64,000 bases of DNA from Andalucia godoyi And28 (GCA_009859145.1 VRVR01000027.1:259060-323059), one strand, 5' to 3'. Shown: positions 30,861-41,905, counted from the stretch's first letter. The notes: a model not told the origin generated them from the letters alone. A program made the numbers and translations.

Positions 30861-31937
30861 TCATCCATCTGCGATCGCGTTCCTATCATGATATGCATTC
30901 GAATTCGAAGCTTCGTTGTTTCGAGACAGTCGACTCGCATTTTGCACATATGTGCGGTGTTTCTCTGCGAGCATACGGCGTTTCTGGATCTTCTTCTTCT
31001 TCAAGCCGTGGTGGCGGCCCAGCGTCAGTTTCGGGCGACTGCGGTTCGATGATTCAGCGTTGAGCTGTTCGTCAGAATCGTTCGGCATTTCTTCAGAAGC
31101 TTCGTCTTCTGTTTCAGTTTCCGGAACGGACTGGTCGGGGTCGGGTGCGGGGGCAGAAGTGACATCCGCATCGTCTGGAGGCGCCTCGGTATACAGCCAC
31201 TGATGAATCTCCGAAAGCACTTCGACTGCCATGTAGTCGACCATGCGCCCAGCAGGGAACTGGGTCAGGCGTCGAAACAATTCATACTCCGCGTACAGCT
31301 TTCCCAGCCAGAGATACTGGTTCATTCGGTGGCAGCTCGGAATCGCGTTCATGAACTCGACTTTTGCAGGACCCGCAAAATCTTGAATCTCTTTGATCAT
31401 GCGGTCCCTGAGTGCCTTCATGCTTCCTCTGTCCGCTTTTTTGCCAACCGGTACTTCGGAAAGTGCGGAGAGGGTTTGACGATCCCCTGACTCTTCGTCG
31501 TCCTTACTCCTCTTCACGGCCAGAGCGAACAGGGCGATTGGCAGGATCCGGATGTACTGCCCATGCTCGAAGAAACGCACACATCGATCCAACAGATTTG
31601 ACAAGGTTGTATCAGGCCCGAGTATATCTTCCAGCTCCTGGGTCGCCGTGAAGTTGTTGAAACGGGACGCAAGGATAGCGTTTTTCAACGCTCGTATGCG
31701 TTGTTCCACGGTCTGTGTTGCAGGGAATTTTATCACCGAATCGGGCTCGGAACGAGGTTCATCGAATTCTCCCGCACTCTCTGTTGCCACCTTTGCTTTC
31801 TCTTCCATGGTTTTCTGAACCCACTGCATGATTTCCGGGGATGTAATGACGGTTCGTCCTACGCTGACGACGTGCGCTTCCTGGATCGTGATCAATGCTC
31901 CGTTGTGGCTGCCCACAATTTCAAATCCCTGAGACAT
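30861..31937 (-). CDS. Hypothetical protein (358 aa)
   Basis: ATG-initiated, protein-like composition, acidic/basic tail. Confidence 0.65.
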   Translation of the reverse strand: MSQGFEIVGSHNGALITIQEAHVVSVGRTVITSPEIMQWVQKTMEEKAKVATESAGEFDEPRSEPDSVIKFPATQTVEQRIRALKNAILASRFNNFTATQELEDILGPDTTLSNLLDRCVRFFEHGQYIRILPIALFALAVKRSKDDEESGDRQTLSALSEVPVGKKADRGSMKALRDRMIKEIQDFAGPAKVEFMNAIPSCHRMNQYLWLGKLYAEYELFRRLTQFPAGRMVDYMAVEVLSEIHQWLYTEAPPDDADVTSAPAPDPDQSVPETETEDEASEEMPNDSDEQLNAESSNRSRPKLTLGRHHGLKKKKIQKRRMLAEKHRTYVQNASRLSRNNEASNSNAYHDRNAIADG

Positions 31938-32988
31938 ATTCGATGCGAATGTTCACAAACTGAAGAAAACAAGAAAATCATCTCCATGATAAGTTGTCCT
32001 GCGTATGTTTATATATGCTGTGAGTTACGCGGGTTGTATTTCCGAGACGGACTGGAATGCGCTTGCTCATCGTTCCAGACTTCGGGAAACGAAAGCTGAA
32101 GTCATTCTGCTTGTAACCTCGGACTGGATCTGCTCCGCTGAAATGACCCGGATTTCCACGATCTACCGTAAACTGTGCTTTCCTATTTCAAAAGCTGAGC
32201 CCGTCGAAACAAATTGTAAATGTGTTTTCTTCTCGAAAGGCGTGCCTTTCTTGTTAATGGATTGAATCGAACCTTTTTCGTCTTTTGGTCTCTTTATGTG
32301 ATTCACAAGCGTCGCATCCCGTCGAGGTCAGCGCTCACTAGCATTTAACGGAAAATGAGAAGCGGTGGACCCGTCATGGCAAGGCATTTCTTTTCTCAAT
32401 TAGAAAAGAGTTGTTACATAAACCATGAAGGTCCGAACGGACCAGCACCATTCTTACATTGCTCAGAGGTCAACCGTAAACCAGAAGCGTCTCCACCTTG
32501 TTCAATTAGTAAACCGAGATGCCTCGTGCCTCATCAGATCGGGATGGACCAGCACACTGCAATCACTGCTGATCATGCACACAGAAATCGAAACTGTCTC
32601 CTTCGAGCTCAATGAGAAAAACAGATGCTTCGTATCTCATGAGATAGCATAAGCCTGATGCTCCAAGGTTGAGTATGTACTTTCACCACTGCATCGAGGA
32701 TCAAGCAGATGATTGACGTGTTCGTCCGCTAACGCTTTCTATTTTACCAGAGGAATGTTTTGCGTGTTGCATGAACGAAAAAGAAAAGGCGGTTCTACAA
32801 CAGATTCTCATCCGCTTTGATTAGCAGGCCAAACGATTCTCCCGGGCAACCGAGATTATCTGTACACGGCGTGTACCGATCTTCACTGAATTGAACGGAA
32901 CTAGACAGATCGATGCACAGGATGCGTTTATTAGTAACGAACAGGGAAAGTAACGCACCGTGTTCTGTCAAGCAGAACCAAGACGGGA

Positions 32989-33999
32989 CTATGCCTTGGG
33001 TCGAGGACTGCGCTCGACCTTGTGAGTTTTCAGCGTCGTGAGAAAAGACGCTACAAGACGGTAAATGCCGTTCAGCTCGTCATCATTTGACACAGTAAAC
33101 TTGATCCAGAAGGGCTTCTTGCGTTGGACGGGAGTCTTCCGCTTCTTGGAGGACTGCGCGGCCTTCTTTGCTTCCTGATGCTTCGAGGCGGCATGTTCGT
33201 CAGCGGCACCAGTCGTTCCCTGAAGAGATCCTGCGCCACGGTTGTCATCCACGTCTTCATCGTGCGCATCTGATTCAGAGCCTTCGCCTCCGTCTTCGTC
33301 AGAAGACGCGTTCTCGCTTACTTTGCGACGCAGGACCGCTGATGACGCCTTGAGCTGAGACAATTTTTCCGCTACCTTGGCATCTGACATCCGTTCGCAA
33401 GCCTGCTTCACAGAAGCCTTGGACAATGACGAAGAGGCCACATGGTCGGAGGTGGTGGCAAAGCGATTGCCATCCTTCAAGCGCTTCTGCGGAAGAGGCT
33501 CCGGGTCCTCCTGATCGTCGTCCGTTCCGGAGGCTAAGGCATCATCATCGTCAGCGCGGCGCTTCGCTTTCATCGGCGCTTTGCCACGCATTCCAGACGA
33601 AGGCTTGTTCTCGGCATCTTCGTCCGATGTCACGTCGCGAGGGCGCTTGACAGGAGTCTTGGGCAAGGACGTCTGCGGACGAGGCTTCGGGATTTCCTGC
33701 GCGTCATCGAGCTCCAAGGTTGGCATATCATCGTCGTCAACGCGGCGCTTCGCGTTCATGGGCGCCTTGTCACGCACGCCAGCTGAAAGCTCGCCCTCGA
33801 TCTCTTCATCAGAGATTGTTTTGCGAGGACGATTGACAGGAGCCGTCGGTGACTTCGGAGACATCTTGGAAACCGACTGCAGGGGAGAACGCTTGGAATC
33901 GTGCGCCGCCGGCTTGGAATGAGGGAGAATCGTCTCATCACGAACGGTGGACTGATCACGAGGCTTGTTGCTGGACACAGGTGAATTGTTGGAGCTCAT
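32989..33999 (-). CDS. Charged low-complexity protein (~336 aa) with an internal duplication
   Basis: ATG after a pyrimidine tract. Duplicated segment SDEEIEGELSAGVRDKAPMNAKRRVDDDD / SDEDAENKPSSGMRGKAPMKAKRRADDDD. Basic NLS-like patch and a short folded C-terminus. Confidence 0.65.
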   Translation of the reverse strand: MSSNNSPVSSNKPRDQSTVRDETILPHSKPAAHDSKRSPLQSVSKMSPKSPTAPVNRPRKTISDEEIEGELSAGVRDKAPMNAKRRVDDDDMPTLELDDAQEIPKPRPQTSLPKTPVKRPRDVTSDEDAENKPSSGMRGKAPMKAKRRADDDDALASGTDDDQEDPEPLPQKRLKDGNRFATTSDHVASSSLSKASVKQACERMSDAKVAEKLSQLKASSAVLRRKVSENASSDEDGGEGSESDAHDEDVDDNRGAGSLQGTTGAADEHAASKHQEAKKAAQSSKKRKTPVQRKKPFWIKFTVSNDDELNGIYRLVASFLTTLKTHKVERSPRPKA

Positions 34000-34541
34000 G
34001 GCTTCTGTTGTTTTCGTTGGGTTGGGATGGAAGAAGGAAGGAAGAGGGGTTTTGAGTAAACGAAAAGAAAAAAGAGAAAGAAGGGATTGCGAAAACATGC
34101 TGCACATCTGATTTATAAATGTTACGCAAGACCGCGGCAAGCGCCACCACATTCGGACTTCTTTTGAAAGAAAGTGAAGTCGTGCAGATGCGTGCAGAAG
34201 TAGACTGCAGAGTCAAGGAGATGCGAGCAGTCTTTCCACAAGCGTTTGCCCATTTTGTCAGTCATTTGAAAGTCGTGCAGGTACGAGCAGATGAAGGAAA
34301 GCTGTCTGAGCAGATCTTCCCAAGAAAAAACACGATTCTCTGCCCAAAGGAAACTCGAAAGAAATGTTGTCTCTCTCGTCATGGAAACGTATCACGTGGA
34401 GCATATCTTCGATTTGTAGTTCTTTCAGATTTATTTCCTATTTATCGCTTGTGAATATCCTCGAGCATATCAATCATCTGCGTTGCTCCAAACCCAATTC
34501 TACGTGTAAATGATTCTCATTTGTGAATTTGAGTCCTCTAT

Positions 34542-35564
34542 TTACATATTAAATTCAAGATGAGAAGCTGTCCATAATAAATTCGACAGTTGGGCGTACC
34601 CGGCTTCCACAATCCTCCACGCGAATATTACGTGAAGAATGAGGATTATGAAAAGAAGCGAGCACAGAGCATCGATGATGCAAAAGAAAACCTTGTGGCA
34701 GATCAAGTCTGCCTGTTCTGATTCCACGCATCGGTGTTTGCGGGACAGAACGCGGAAGGGTTGGCTCTTCACTGAAAAGAATGTCCCTTCCGCAAAGATG
34801 GAGACCACGAGTCGAAGATCCCGTTTCTCTCGAACAGTGGCGTGTTTGAAGCAGAAGTGATGAGAGCCATACAGCTCAATCAATCTGGTCCATGGATTGT
34901 AGCCAGTAGATAAAGGCATCGCGGAGAGGTTGCTACAAAACTCGCCAGTCTCAAAATCAACCAGTGATCCTGATTTAACATCCTCGAGAGTCAAGAAAGC
35001 GGTGACCGGGGAGGAGAACCACGGTGAGGCAATGAATACAGACACACGACCGTCCCTTCCTTCAAGCACTTCTCGCTTACTTCCCAGGACTGGAAGATAT
35101 CCAGCGCTGAGGTCAAAAGCAGATTCATGTTGCCATGAGACGCACACTGTCAATGGAACACCATTCACAGTATGTCCGAGCGTCTCACCCATCGCACCGC
35201 ATACAGACTGTGGCCAAGATGCAGCTGGGATACTTGACGTCGAGACGAGACGAGCAACATCATGCTCAGAAATCTGATCCGGTGTCCCGACAGATTCACA
35301 GTTTGTCGAAACTGCATCCACGGACAGGTCGCTCGTGACATCAGAATCACTGACGTCGTATCCAGTATCCACAGGCTCTGTCATCGAATGTGGTACCGTT
35401 GGATCAACATTGTCCAACCCCTGATTGGGGGTCTGCGTAACAGGAGCGTCTGCGGATACCTCCTTTTCTGCGAAAAGACTGCCAAAGCTGTCAAACAGAC
35501 CGGGGCTATCTATCGCATCATTCTCAAGGTTCCACAGCGGAAGTGAATAATCGTCGATCGTCAT
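34542..35564 (-). CDS. Hypothetical protein (~340 aa): acidic disordered N-terminus plus beta-rich C-terminal domain, possibly a transcription factor
   Basis: ATG (MTIDDYSL) after a pyrimidine tract. C-terminal LRLVVSIF....SVKSQPFRVLSRK resembles the last strands of Ig-fold/p53-like DNA-binding domains (weak). Confidence 0.55.
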   Translation of the reverse strand: MTIDDYSLPLWNLENDAIDSPGLFDSFGSLFAEKEVSADAPVTQTPNQGLDNVDPTVPHSMTEPVDTGYDVSDSDVTSDLSVDAVSTNCESVGTPDQISEHDVARLVSTSSIPAASWPQSVCGAMGETLGHTVNGVPLTVCVSWQHESAFDLSAGYLPVLGSKREVLEGRDGRVSVFIASPWFSSPVTAFLTLEDVKSGSLVDFETGEFCSNLSAMPLSTGYNPWTRLIELYGSHHFCFKHATVREKRDLRLVVSIFAEGTFFSVKSQPFRVLSRKHRCVESEQADLICHKVFFCIIDALCSLLFIILILHVIFAWRIVEAGYAQLSNLLWTASHLEFNM

Positions 35565-35761
35565 TGTTCGCGGGTTTAAATAGTAAAAACAGGAGAAAGG
35601 AGAAAATAAGAAGGGGGGAAAAAAAGAGAAGAAAAGAAAAAGGAAAGAATTTTTTTTTGGTTCTGGTTTTGTTTCTGCAGAACAAAAGAATGACACCAAT
35701 CCGTACCGGCCTACCAGGCGCATACCCCCCTGTTTTGACGGACAACAGGGTTTTCGCAGAG

Positions 35762-37513
35762 TCACAAACGGTGCGTCCGCACGTGCCTGTTCGAAATCGA
35801 CTGACTCACTTGAGGCGTTCCTCTCGCAAGACCTCGTTTTCCTCGAAATCTCAGTTGCAAGCGGTCCTCTGTAACGAAAGCGCGTATCATGGCCCCCAGT
35901 CCAAGAGCATCGTGGACAACAATATGAGCCACATTGTCTATGCTAGGATCGAGTCCTTGGGTATCTGGAGAAAATGCTCGGATCACTCTGCCAATAAGCT
36001 GGTCCAAAGGTGCTTGTGATGCGAACGGCCGACAGATGCCACAGATGGAGAGACTTTTCAAATCAAAGCCTTCTCCTAGGGTTCCCACGTGCACAACAGC
36101 GTCATATCCCCCTTCTCGGAAGTTTCGCAAGTCATTGGAAGATCTTAGTTGCATCGGGTAGCATGGAATATTTCTAGATCCGATTGCAATTGCTTTGAAT
36201 CGCTCATCGCCGTTCTCTGCATGAGAATTAAAGATTTCTTGAAGCTGGATTGCGTGTTGCAAATCCATGGCTTGCAGAATCGCCTGGTGGTGAATCGACG
36301 TCCCCGGTCTGTTCTTCTCTCTCAATAACTGCAGTACACGTTCCACGGTCCATTCCATGGTTGCTCGCGATCGTGCTACACTGTTTCGAACCCATTTCAA
36401 GTATCCTGCTCGTCGGACTTTTTCACAAGAGTTGAACACAATAGGTTTTTCACATGGCTTTGATGCAAGAAATATCAGCTCGGATACTTCGATGGTTTCC
36501 ACGACGAGTTGTTTCCAGGCCCTTTCTTCAAATGCTTGCTTTCGTGGACAGCGGTAAATGAGTGTCGCGTCCAACTGCGTTCCGTCTGCGCGATGCGGTG
36601 TTCCGGTCATGTACACGAGCCTTGCAGTGACGAAGTGCTTGCGGATCTGGCGATAAGTGCAAGAGGTGGCGTGGTGCGCTTCATCCACGATGATGAGATC
36701 GAAGTAGTCTCGCGGAAGCTGTTGAAGTGATCCTCTCGTATTCTGCAAGCGATGTCGTGTTGTAATTATGAAATCACAATCACGAAGTTGATTTAAACAA
36801 CTCGGGTCTGCAGCAACGACCTCCAGGCTTGCCAATTCACGCATGGTCTCTGGATTCCCGTTCGCGCTCACAATCACTCCAATCGAGGGATGTCGACTAT
36901 CCGTGGAAAGGACTCTAATGTTTCGGATGAAGCACTTCGCTGACTTCCATGCGGCATTCCTCACAGCTTCGCGAGCAATTTCTCGGTTTGGAGCGACGAA
37001 GAGCACTCGTCCATTCACCATACCGAACGGAAGAGTCATTGCGATCCCTGTTTTACCCATCCCCATTGGAAGGTGAATCAATGCTGGTTTGTTGCGCTCT
37101 GCGCGAATTCTTGTCTGCCTCTGCACTCCTCTCAGTTCCGTTTCGAGGCGATCATCTCTCTCCCTGTCGTTTTCCGCAAGCTTGTTTTTCAGAAGATGTT
37201 CCTTTTCCACGAAAGTTCGAATGACGTTCAGATCATCCTCGATCTTCAGCTGGTGAAAATGCAAATGAACTGCTGCAATTGCTTCTCGCTGTGCTCCTCG
37301 CAATTGCGTCTTGTCTATGCGCTGACTCCATACATCTGGGTATGGGGCGCGAATGCAAGACTGCGCATCTGGATCGGGAGTATGTCTGCGTTCTGATGCT
37401 TCCGGGTTTACGCTTCTTCCTATGCCTCCTGTCGTACGGAAGACTGGTGACTTCGGGCCGATCGCTGCAGGTTGGAGTTGACCACTGTTCTGTTGCGCAC
37501 CTATACCGTTCAT
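35762..37513 (-). CDS. Superfamily 2 DEAH helicase (ResIII/UvsW/A18-like)
   Basis: Motif I LPMGMGKT, Ia FVAPNREIA, II IVDEAHH, III MTGTP, V GTLGEGFD, VI QLIGRVIR. Confidence 0.9.
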   Translation of the reverse strand: MNGIGAQQNSGQLQPAAIGPKSPVFRTTGGIGRSVNPEASERRHTPDPDAQSCIRAPYPDVWSQRIDKTQLRGAQREAIAAVHLHFHQLKIEDDLNVIRTFVEKEHLLKNKLAENDRERDDRLETELRGVQRQTRIRAERNKPALIHLPMGMGKTGIAMTLPFGMVNGRVLFVAPNREIAREAVRNAAWKSAKCFIRNIRVLSTDSRHPSIGVIVSANGNPETMRELASLEVVAADPSCLNQLRDCDFIITTRHRLQNTRGSLQQLPRDYFDLIIVDEAHHATSCTYRQIRKHFVTARLVYMTGTPHRADGTQLDATLIYRCPRKQAFEERAWKQLVVETIEVSELIFLASKPCEKPIVFNSCEKVRRAGYLKWVRNSVARSRATMEWTVERVLQLLREKNRPGTSIHHQAILQAMDLQHAIQLQEIFNSHAENGDERFKAIAIGSRNIPCYPMQLRSSNDLRNFREGGYDAVVHVGTLGEGFDLKSLSICGICRPFASQAPLDQLIGRVIRAFSPDTQGLDPSIDNVAHIVVHDALGLGAMIRAFVTEDRLQLRFRGKRGLARGTPQVSQSISNRHVRTHRL

Positions 37514-37838
37514 TTTCTTAAGAAGTGGATCACTCGAATCGAGTAAAACCTTACAACTGAACCGTTTGCTTTTGCTTGACCGTCTTTAAAAATGCTCTCT
37601 GGGAACGAATTCGATTCTCCAGGAAATCTCAGTCCGCGTCTGATCATACCTGCACGACTGTCGTTCACATCTGCTTGTACGTCGACGACAGAGCGAATTT
37701 CTTTTCGAAGCTTCGATCGGTCCGTTTAAAAGTTTGAAGTGACAAGACGTACATTATAGCACAATTCTTTTTGGCTTTTTATCGTTGTTGCATCGTTCTT
37801 CTTTCTCCGAAACAAGAACAGAAGATAACAGGAAACGA

Positions 37839-38138
37839 ATGGTGAATTGAAAAAAAGGCAAGATACACAAAATTGGAGGCCAACCAGCCCGATCAAATCT
37901 TCATTGGATCAATAACACGTTGGACACCAGCCGAAACGCAAGCACAGCACAAACTTGCGTATAAAGCATGGAAACAAGAGAAGAAGCTAAAATACAAATA
38001 AATCGAATTCATTGACCAGTACGAACCCGATAATTGCCGTATCATTCTCCTTGAAGAACACCTGGAGAAACCAGGGTCCAGCTGAATGCAAGAAAACAGG
38101 CATCGATCGATAATCCAAAAAAAATTGCAGAAACGTAA
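37839..38138 (+). pseudogene. GIY-YIG endonuclease pseudogene, paralog of 39142-39462 (not in the ORF track)
   Basis: MVN*KKGKIHKLEANQPDQIFIGSIT...YK*IEFIDQYEPDNCRIILLEE(fs)...QLNARKQASIDNP is colinear with the intact copy, and the DNA is clearly alignable. Confidence 0.85.
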
Positions 38139-38264
38139 CCAAGATCTTGCACAATAAACCCTGCATTCAAAACGTAAACAATTCAAAGATCCCAAGTCTT
38201 GTCAGCTCAACGATCGCTGCTTTCCTGAAAGACCTCAGCGAGGCAGCAGAGCACAAACACCAGT

Positions 38265-38760
38265 CTTACGTAAAATCGAGATCATCTCCGTCCGACCTTC
38301 CGGTCCTGCTGAATTACCGGAGCGACTGAAGGTCATGGAGACCACGACGACCATGCTTATGTAAAGCTTATGTAAAATCGAGATCACACCCGTCCGACCT
38401 GCCGGTCCTCCTGACCGACCGGAGCAGCTGAAGGTCATGCAGACCCAGACGACCATGCTTATGTAAAGCTTATGTAAAATCGAGATGCACTCCGTCGCCG
38501 ACGTCCCGTCCTCCTGAACAGCCTGAGTGACTGAAGGTCATGCAGACCCAGACGACCGTGCTTATGTAAAATCGAGATGCGCTTCGTCGCCGACGTCCGG
38601 TCCTGCTGAACAGCCTGAGTGACTGAAGGTCATGCAGACCCAGACGACCGTGCTTATGTAAAATCGAGATGCGCTTCGTCGCCGACCTGCCGGTCCTCCT
38701 GACCGACCGGAGCAGCTGAAGGTCATGCAGACCCAGACGACCATGCTTATGTAAATTCGA
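38265..38760. repeat. 91-bp-family tandem array 1 (5 units of 92-102 bp)
   Basis: Unit starts (CTTAYGTAAAATCG) at 38265, 38367, 38469, 38561, 38653 and 38746. Confidence 0.95.
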
Positions 38761-39141
38761 AAGCACGTTCTCTTTGACAAGGGGTGTGTGTGCTTGAGTC
38801 ACTATTGATACGGATCATGACATCTGTTCCTCCAAACAGGTCGCCTTTCGGGACCCCAACTGTCCTGTTTCTCTAAATTTGGATCGCTACAAACGAGAGG
38901 CTTCTTTCCCCGACATGACTCGCGTTCTACGTGCTGAGCATTTCGATCTTAATTGTTGCACAAGTTTTCAACTTTCCATACTCTCCGGGAATCGTCGAGC
39001 ATTAAGGGATTGAGGTTTGAAGTGACTAAACCTTACGAATGGTGCAACTGCTGAGTTGTTTCAGAACGGGTGTGGTTCCTGCTCTATTCTACAAAACCAA
39101 AAACAATACAAAAAGGTATCTTATTTCTGAGACGAAACGAG

Positions 39142-39462
39142 ATGGTGAACTATCAACAAAGCAAGATATACAAACTGGTGGCAAACAAGCCCGACCAATT
39201 CTTCATTGGATCAACAACTTGTCGGACATTGGCTGAAAGACTGTCACATCACAAATTTATGTACAAAATGTGGAAGGAAGGAAAGGGGTCAACATGCAAA
39301 TCGACCGAATTCATTGACCAGCACGGACCAGATAACTGCCATATCTTTCTTCTCGAAGATTACCCTTGTGAAACCAAAGACCAACTCAATGCAAGAAAAC
39401 AATTGTGGATCGAAAATCCAGTGTCTTTCCAGATCAAAGAGCTCGGTAATCCCAGTATTTAA
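39142..39462 (+). CDS. GIY-YIG nuclease-fold protein of the type common in large eukaryotic DNA viruses
   Basis: YQQSKIYKL...FFIGSTT..TLAERLSHH...LLEDYPCETKDQLNARKQLWIEN. Confidence 0.8.
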   Translation: MVNYQQSKIYKLVANKPDQFFIGSTTCRTLAERLSHHKFMYKMWKEGKGSTCKSTEFIDQHGPDNCHIFLLEDYPCETKDQLNARKQLWIENPVSFQIKELGNPSI

Positions 39463-40305
39463 ATGTTAACCCGCGTTTAACCGTGAAATCCCCTTTTTTT
39501 TGTTTTGTGAATCCGGTGCGGCGTGGTCAGTCCTGCAGGCGTGTTGCTCAGTGATGTTGAGATGCAAGAACCGGGGCATTCTCGGTGTCGATGGACATAC
39601 GCGGAGGGCGTGCTCTGAGCTTTTTTATGCGTGTGTGTTTCAGATTAAAAAGTGCTGGTCTCAAGTCTAGTCTCATTCGAAGTTCTGGGGGCGTTTCATG
39701 ACAGGCGGAAGAACAAAAGGGTGCAATCAACACGCGGTCGGCATGCGTACGATCAGAATCCGTGTCAAAGCAAAACAAGGCCATGTTTTCTGGGACGATC
39801 GTTGATTTCACCGGACTTTTGGCAAATTTGGGTTTTAACAAGAGGATTAAAGGAAGGGCAAACCAAAAAAAGAGAATATGCAAGCAGAATTTTTTCCATT
39901 GGTGACCGGGGTCCGAGGCGATCACCACGGTCACCAGTCCCACGCGAGCACAAGAAAGCATGTTTGTTTGCATGGCGTCCTAATTTGGGACTGCTGAGTG
40001 CTGACGACTCTCTTGATTGCGCTCAAACGAAAGAATGGGGCGATCTTGACTGTGTTCCGTATGGTTCATTGGAGCACAGAAACGATTTGCGCACGCTGAG
40101 GAGAAGCATGATCACATCTTGCAGAACACAACGACGGCTATCCGACTATCTGATCTTTTGGCACTGTGGATTACAGAACACACTCTTTGATTCACGAATC
40201 TCCAAGCGCTCAAAATGACGGAGGGGTCTAGAGGAAATGGATGAGCCTACAAGAATTCAAATTGACGGACCGGAAAAATGAGAGTAAACAACATAAAAGA
40301 AGACC

Positions 40306-41037
40306 ATGTCGGAAGCTACGGTGCTCGAGGTGTTCATCATTGAATGGAAAGGGTCTTGGTTCATTGGTAGCACGGCGTCCTCGCTTTCTCAGAGAAAGGC
40401 AGAATATCGTCGGGAATGGAAACAAATGTCCAAAATCGAGGATTTGCAGCTTTCTCCTCCATATGACATATTTCAAATGGCTGGCGGAGTTGATGAGGTG
40501 AAAATGCGACTGCTTCGTACATGTACGTGCCGAAACAAGAAGGAGCGGAATGCTATTGTAGAACAGTGCCGCGAAGAAAGGCGCAATCAGGGATCCACAA
40601 ACTTTCCTTCCTCGGGCTCTTCATCCTCGTCACATGACAGCACAGGCTCGGAGGAAGAAACTGCAACGCCGATAACAGGCGAGGACGTGCAAGCTGCAGA
40701 CGAACTCTCGCATTCATGGATGGAAATGGAGCAAAATGCCGAGGACGATCTGGAAATTATGTCCTCTACATCAGGAGATGAAGCCGTATCATCGACACCA
40801 GGTAAGGACGTGCAACTGACAAGCTCGCTCCGGTCTCGAAAGAGGGTTTGTGAAGAGATCGACCCGTCAACAATACCAGACAACGAAAAACGGATTTTTT
40901 TCAACCCTGGTGTGAATTGGGATTTGGATTTGGACGGCAAAAAGGGCCCTAATTGGCGAAGAGAATTTGAAGAACAACAACAACGGCTGAAATTGCAAGA
41001 GAACATCCGAAAGAAAGTACGTCTGCCTAGATGGTGA
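40306..41037 (+). CDS. Divergent GIY-YIG-like protein with acidic tail
   Basis: VFIIEWKGSWFIGSTASSLSQR...LLRTCTCRNKKERNAIVEQ aligns with 39142-39462. Confidence 0.6.
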   Translation: MSEATVLEVFIIEWKGSWFIGSTASSLSQRKAEYRREWKQMSKIEDLQLSPPYDIFQMAGGVDEVKMRLLRTCTCRNKKERNAIVEQCREERRNQGSTNFPSSGSSSSSHDSTGSEEETATPITGEDVQAADELSHSWMEMEQNAEDDLEIMSSTSGDEAVSSTPGKDVQLTSSLRSRKRVCEEIDPSTIPDNEKRIFFNPGVNWDLDLDGKKGPNWRREFEEQQQRLKLQENIRKKVRLPRW

Positions 41038-41189
41038 CTTCGTCTTTCCACATCTTACCCGCGTCCTCCGGAATCCTCGAAATGAAGACTGTGCAAATGC
41101 AATAAACAAACTGAAATTAATCTGTAAACGAAGTGCGATCGCTCTGCTTCCATTAACCCGAACGCAGTTGAATACGACTACAACTCACA

Positions 41190-41360
41190 GAACATGACCG
41201 GACCGAACCGGACCGAGCAGTGCCTGGTGGACAGGAGCGGATCGAAGCGAAAAGGACCGAACTGAGGAAACAGGACATGATTGAACCTAACAGAATCAAG
41301 CCAAACAGGACTGAACCAAACCGAACCGGGCCAAGCCAAACCAAACCAAGCAGGACTGAG
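41190..41360. repeat. Degenerate pentamer repeat tract (AACCG/GACCG/AACCA)
   Basis: GACCGGACCGAACCGGACCG ... AACCAAACCGAACCGGGCCAAGCCAAACCAAACCAAG. Confidence 0.55.
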
Positions 41361-41445
41361 GTGCAGCTGCACCACGCAATTTCCAGTTGTGCTCGGCTCG
41401 ACGCACATGTGTTCAGTTTCCTATGGCCATGCTCTTTAGAAACGC

Positions 41446-41905
41446 CTTTGCTCATTGTTTCTGGGTGTCCTGATCTGGGGATATGGGGATATGGGGATAT
41501 GGGAACATCTGGGTGTGAAGGTTCTCTCGTTCCACAACCTTTGCTCATTGTTTCTGGGTGTCCTGATCTGGGGATATGGGGATATGGGGATATGGGAACA
41601 TCTGGGGATATGGGAACATCTGGGTGTGAAGGTTCTCTCGTTCCACAACCTTTGCTCATTGTTTCTGGGTGTCCTGATCTGGGGATATGGGGATATGGGG
41701 ACATGGGAACATCTGGGGATATGGGAACATCTGGGTGTGAAGGTTCTCTCGTTCCACAACCTTTGCTCATTGTTTCTGGGTGTCCTGATCTGGGGATCTG
41801 GGGATATGGGGATATGGGAACATCTGGGTGTGAAGGTTCTCTCGTTCCACAACCTTTGCTCATTGTTTCTGGGTGTCCTGATCTGGGGATATGGGGACAT
41901 CTGGG
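41446..41905. repeat. 93/111-bp tandem repeat (about 4.6 units) containing (ATATGGGG)n G-runs
   Basis: Unit starts CTTTGCTCATTG at 41446, 41539, 41650, 41761 and 41854. Confidence 0.95.
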
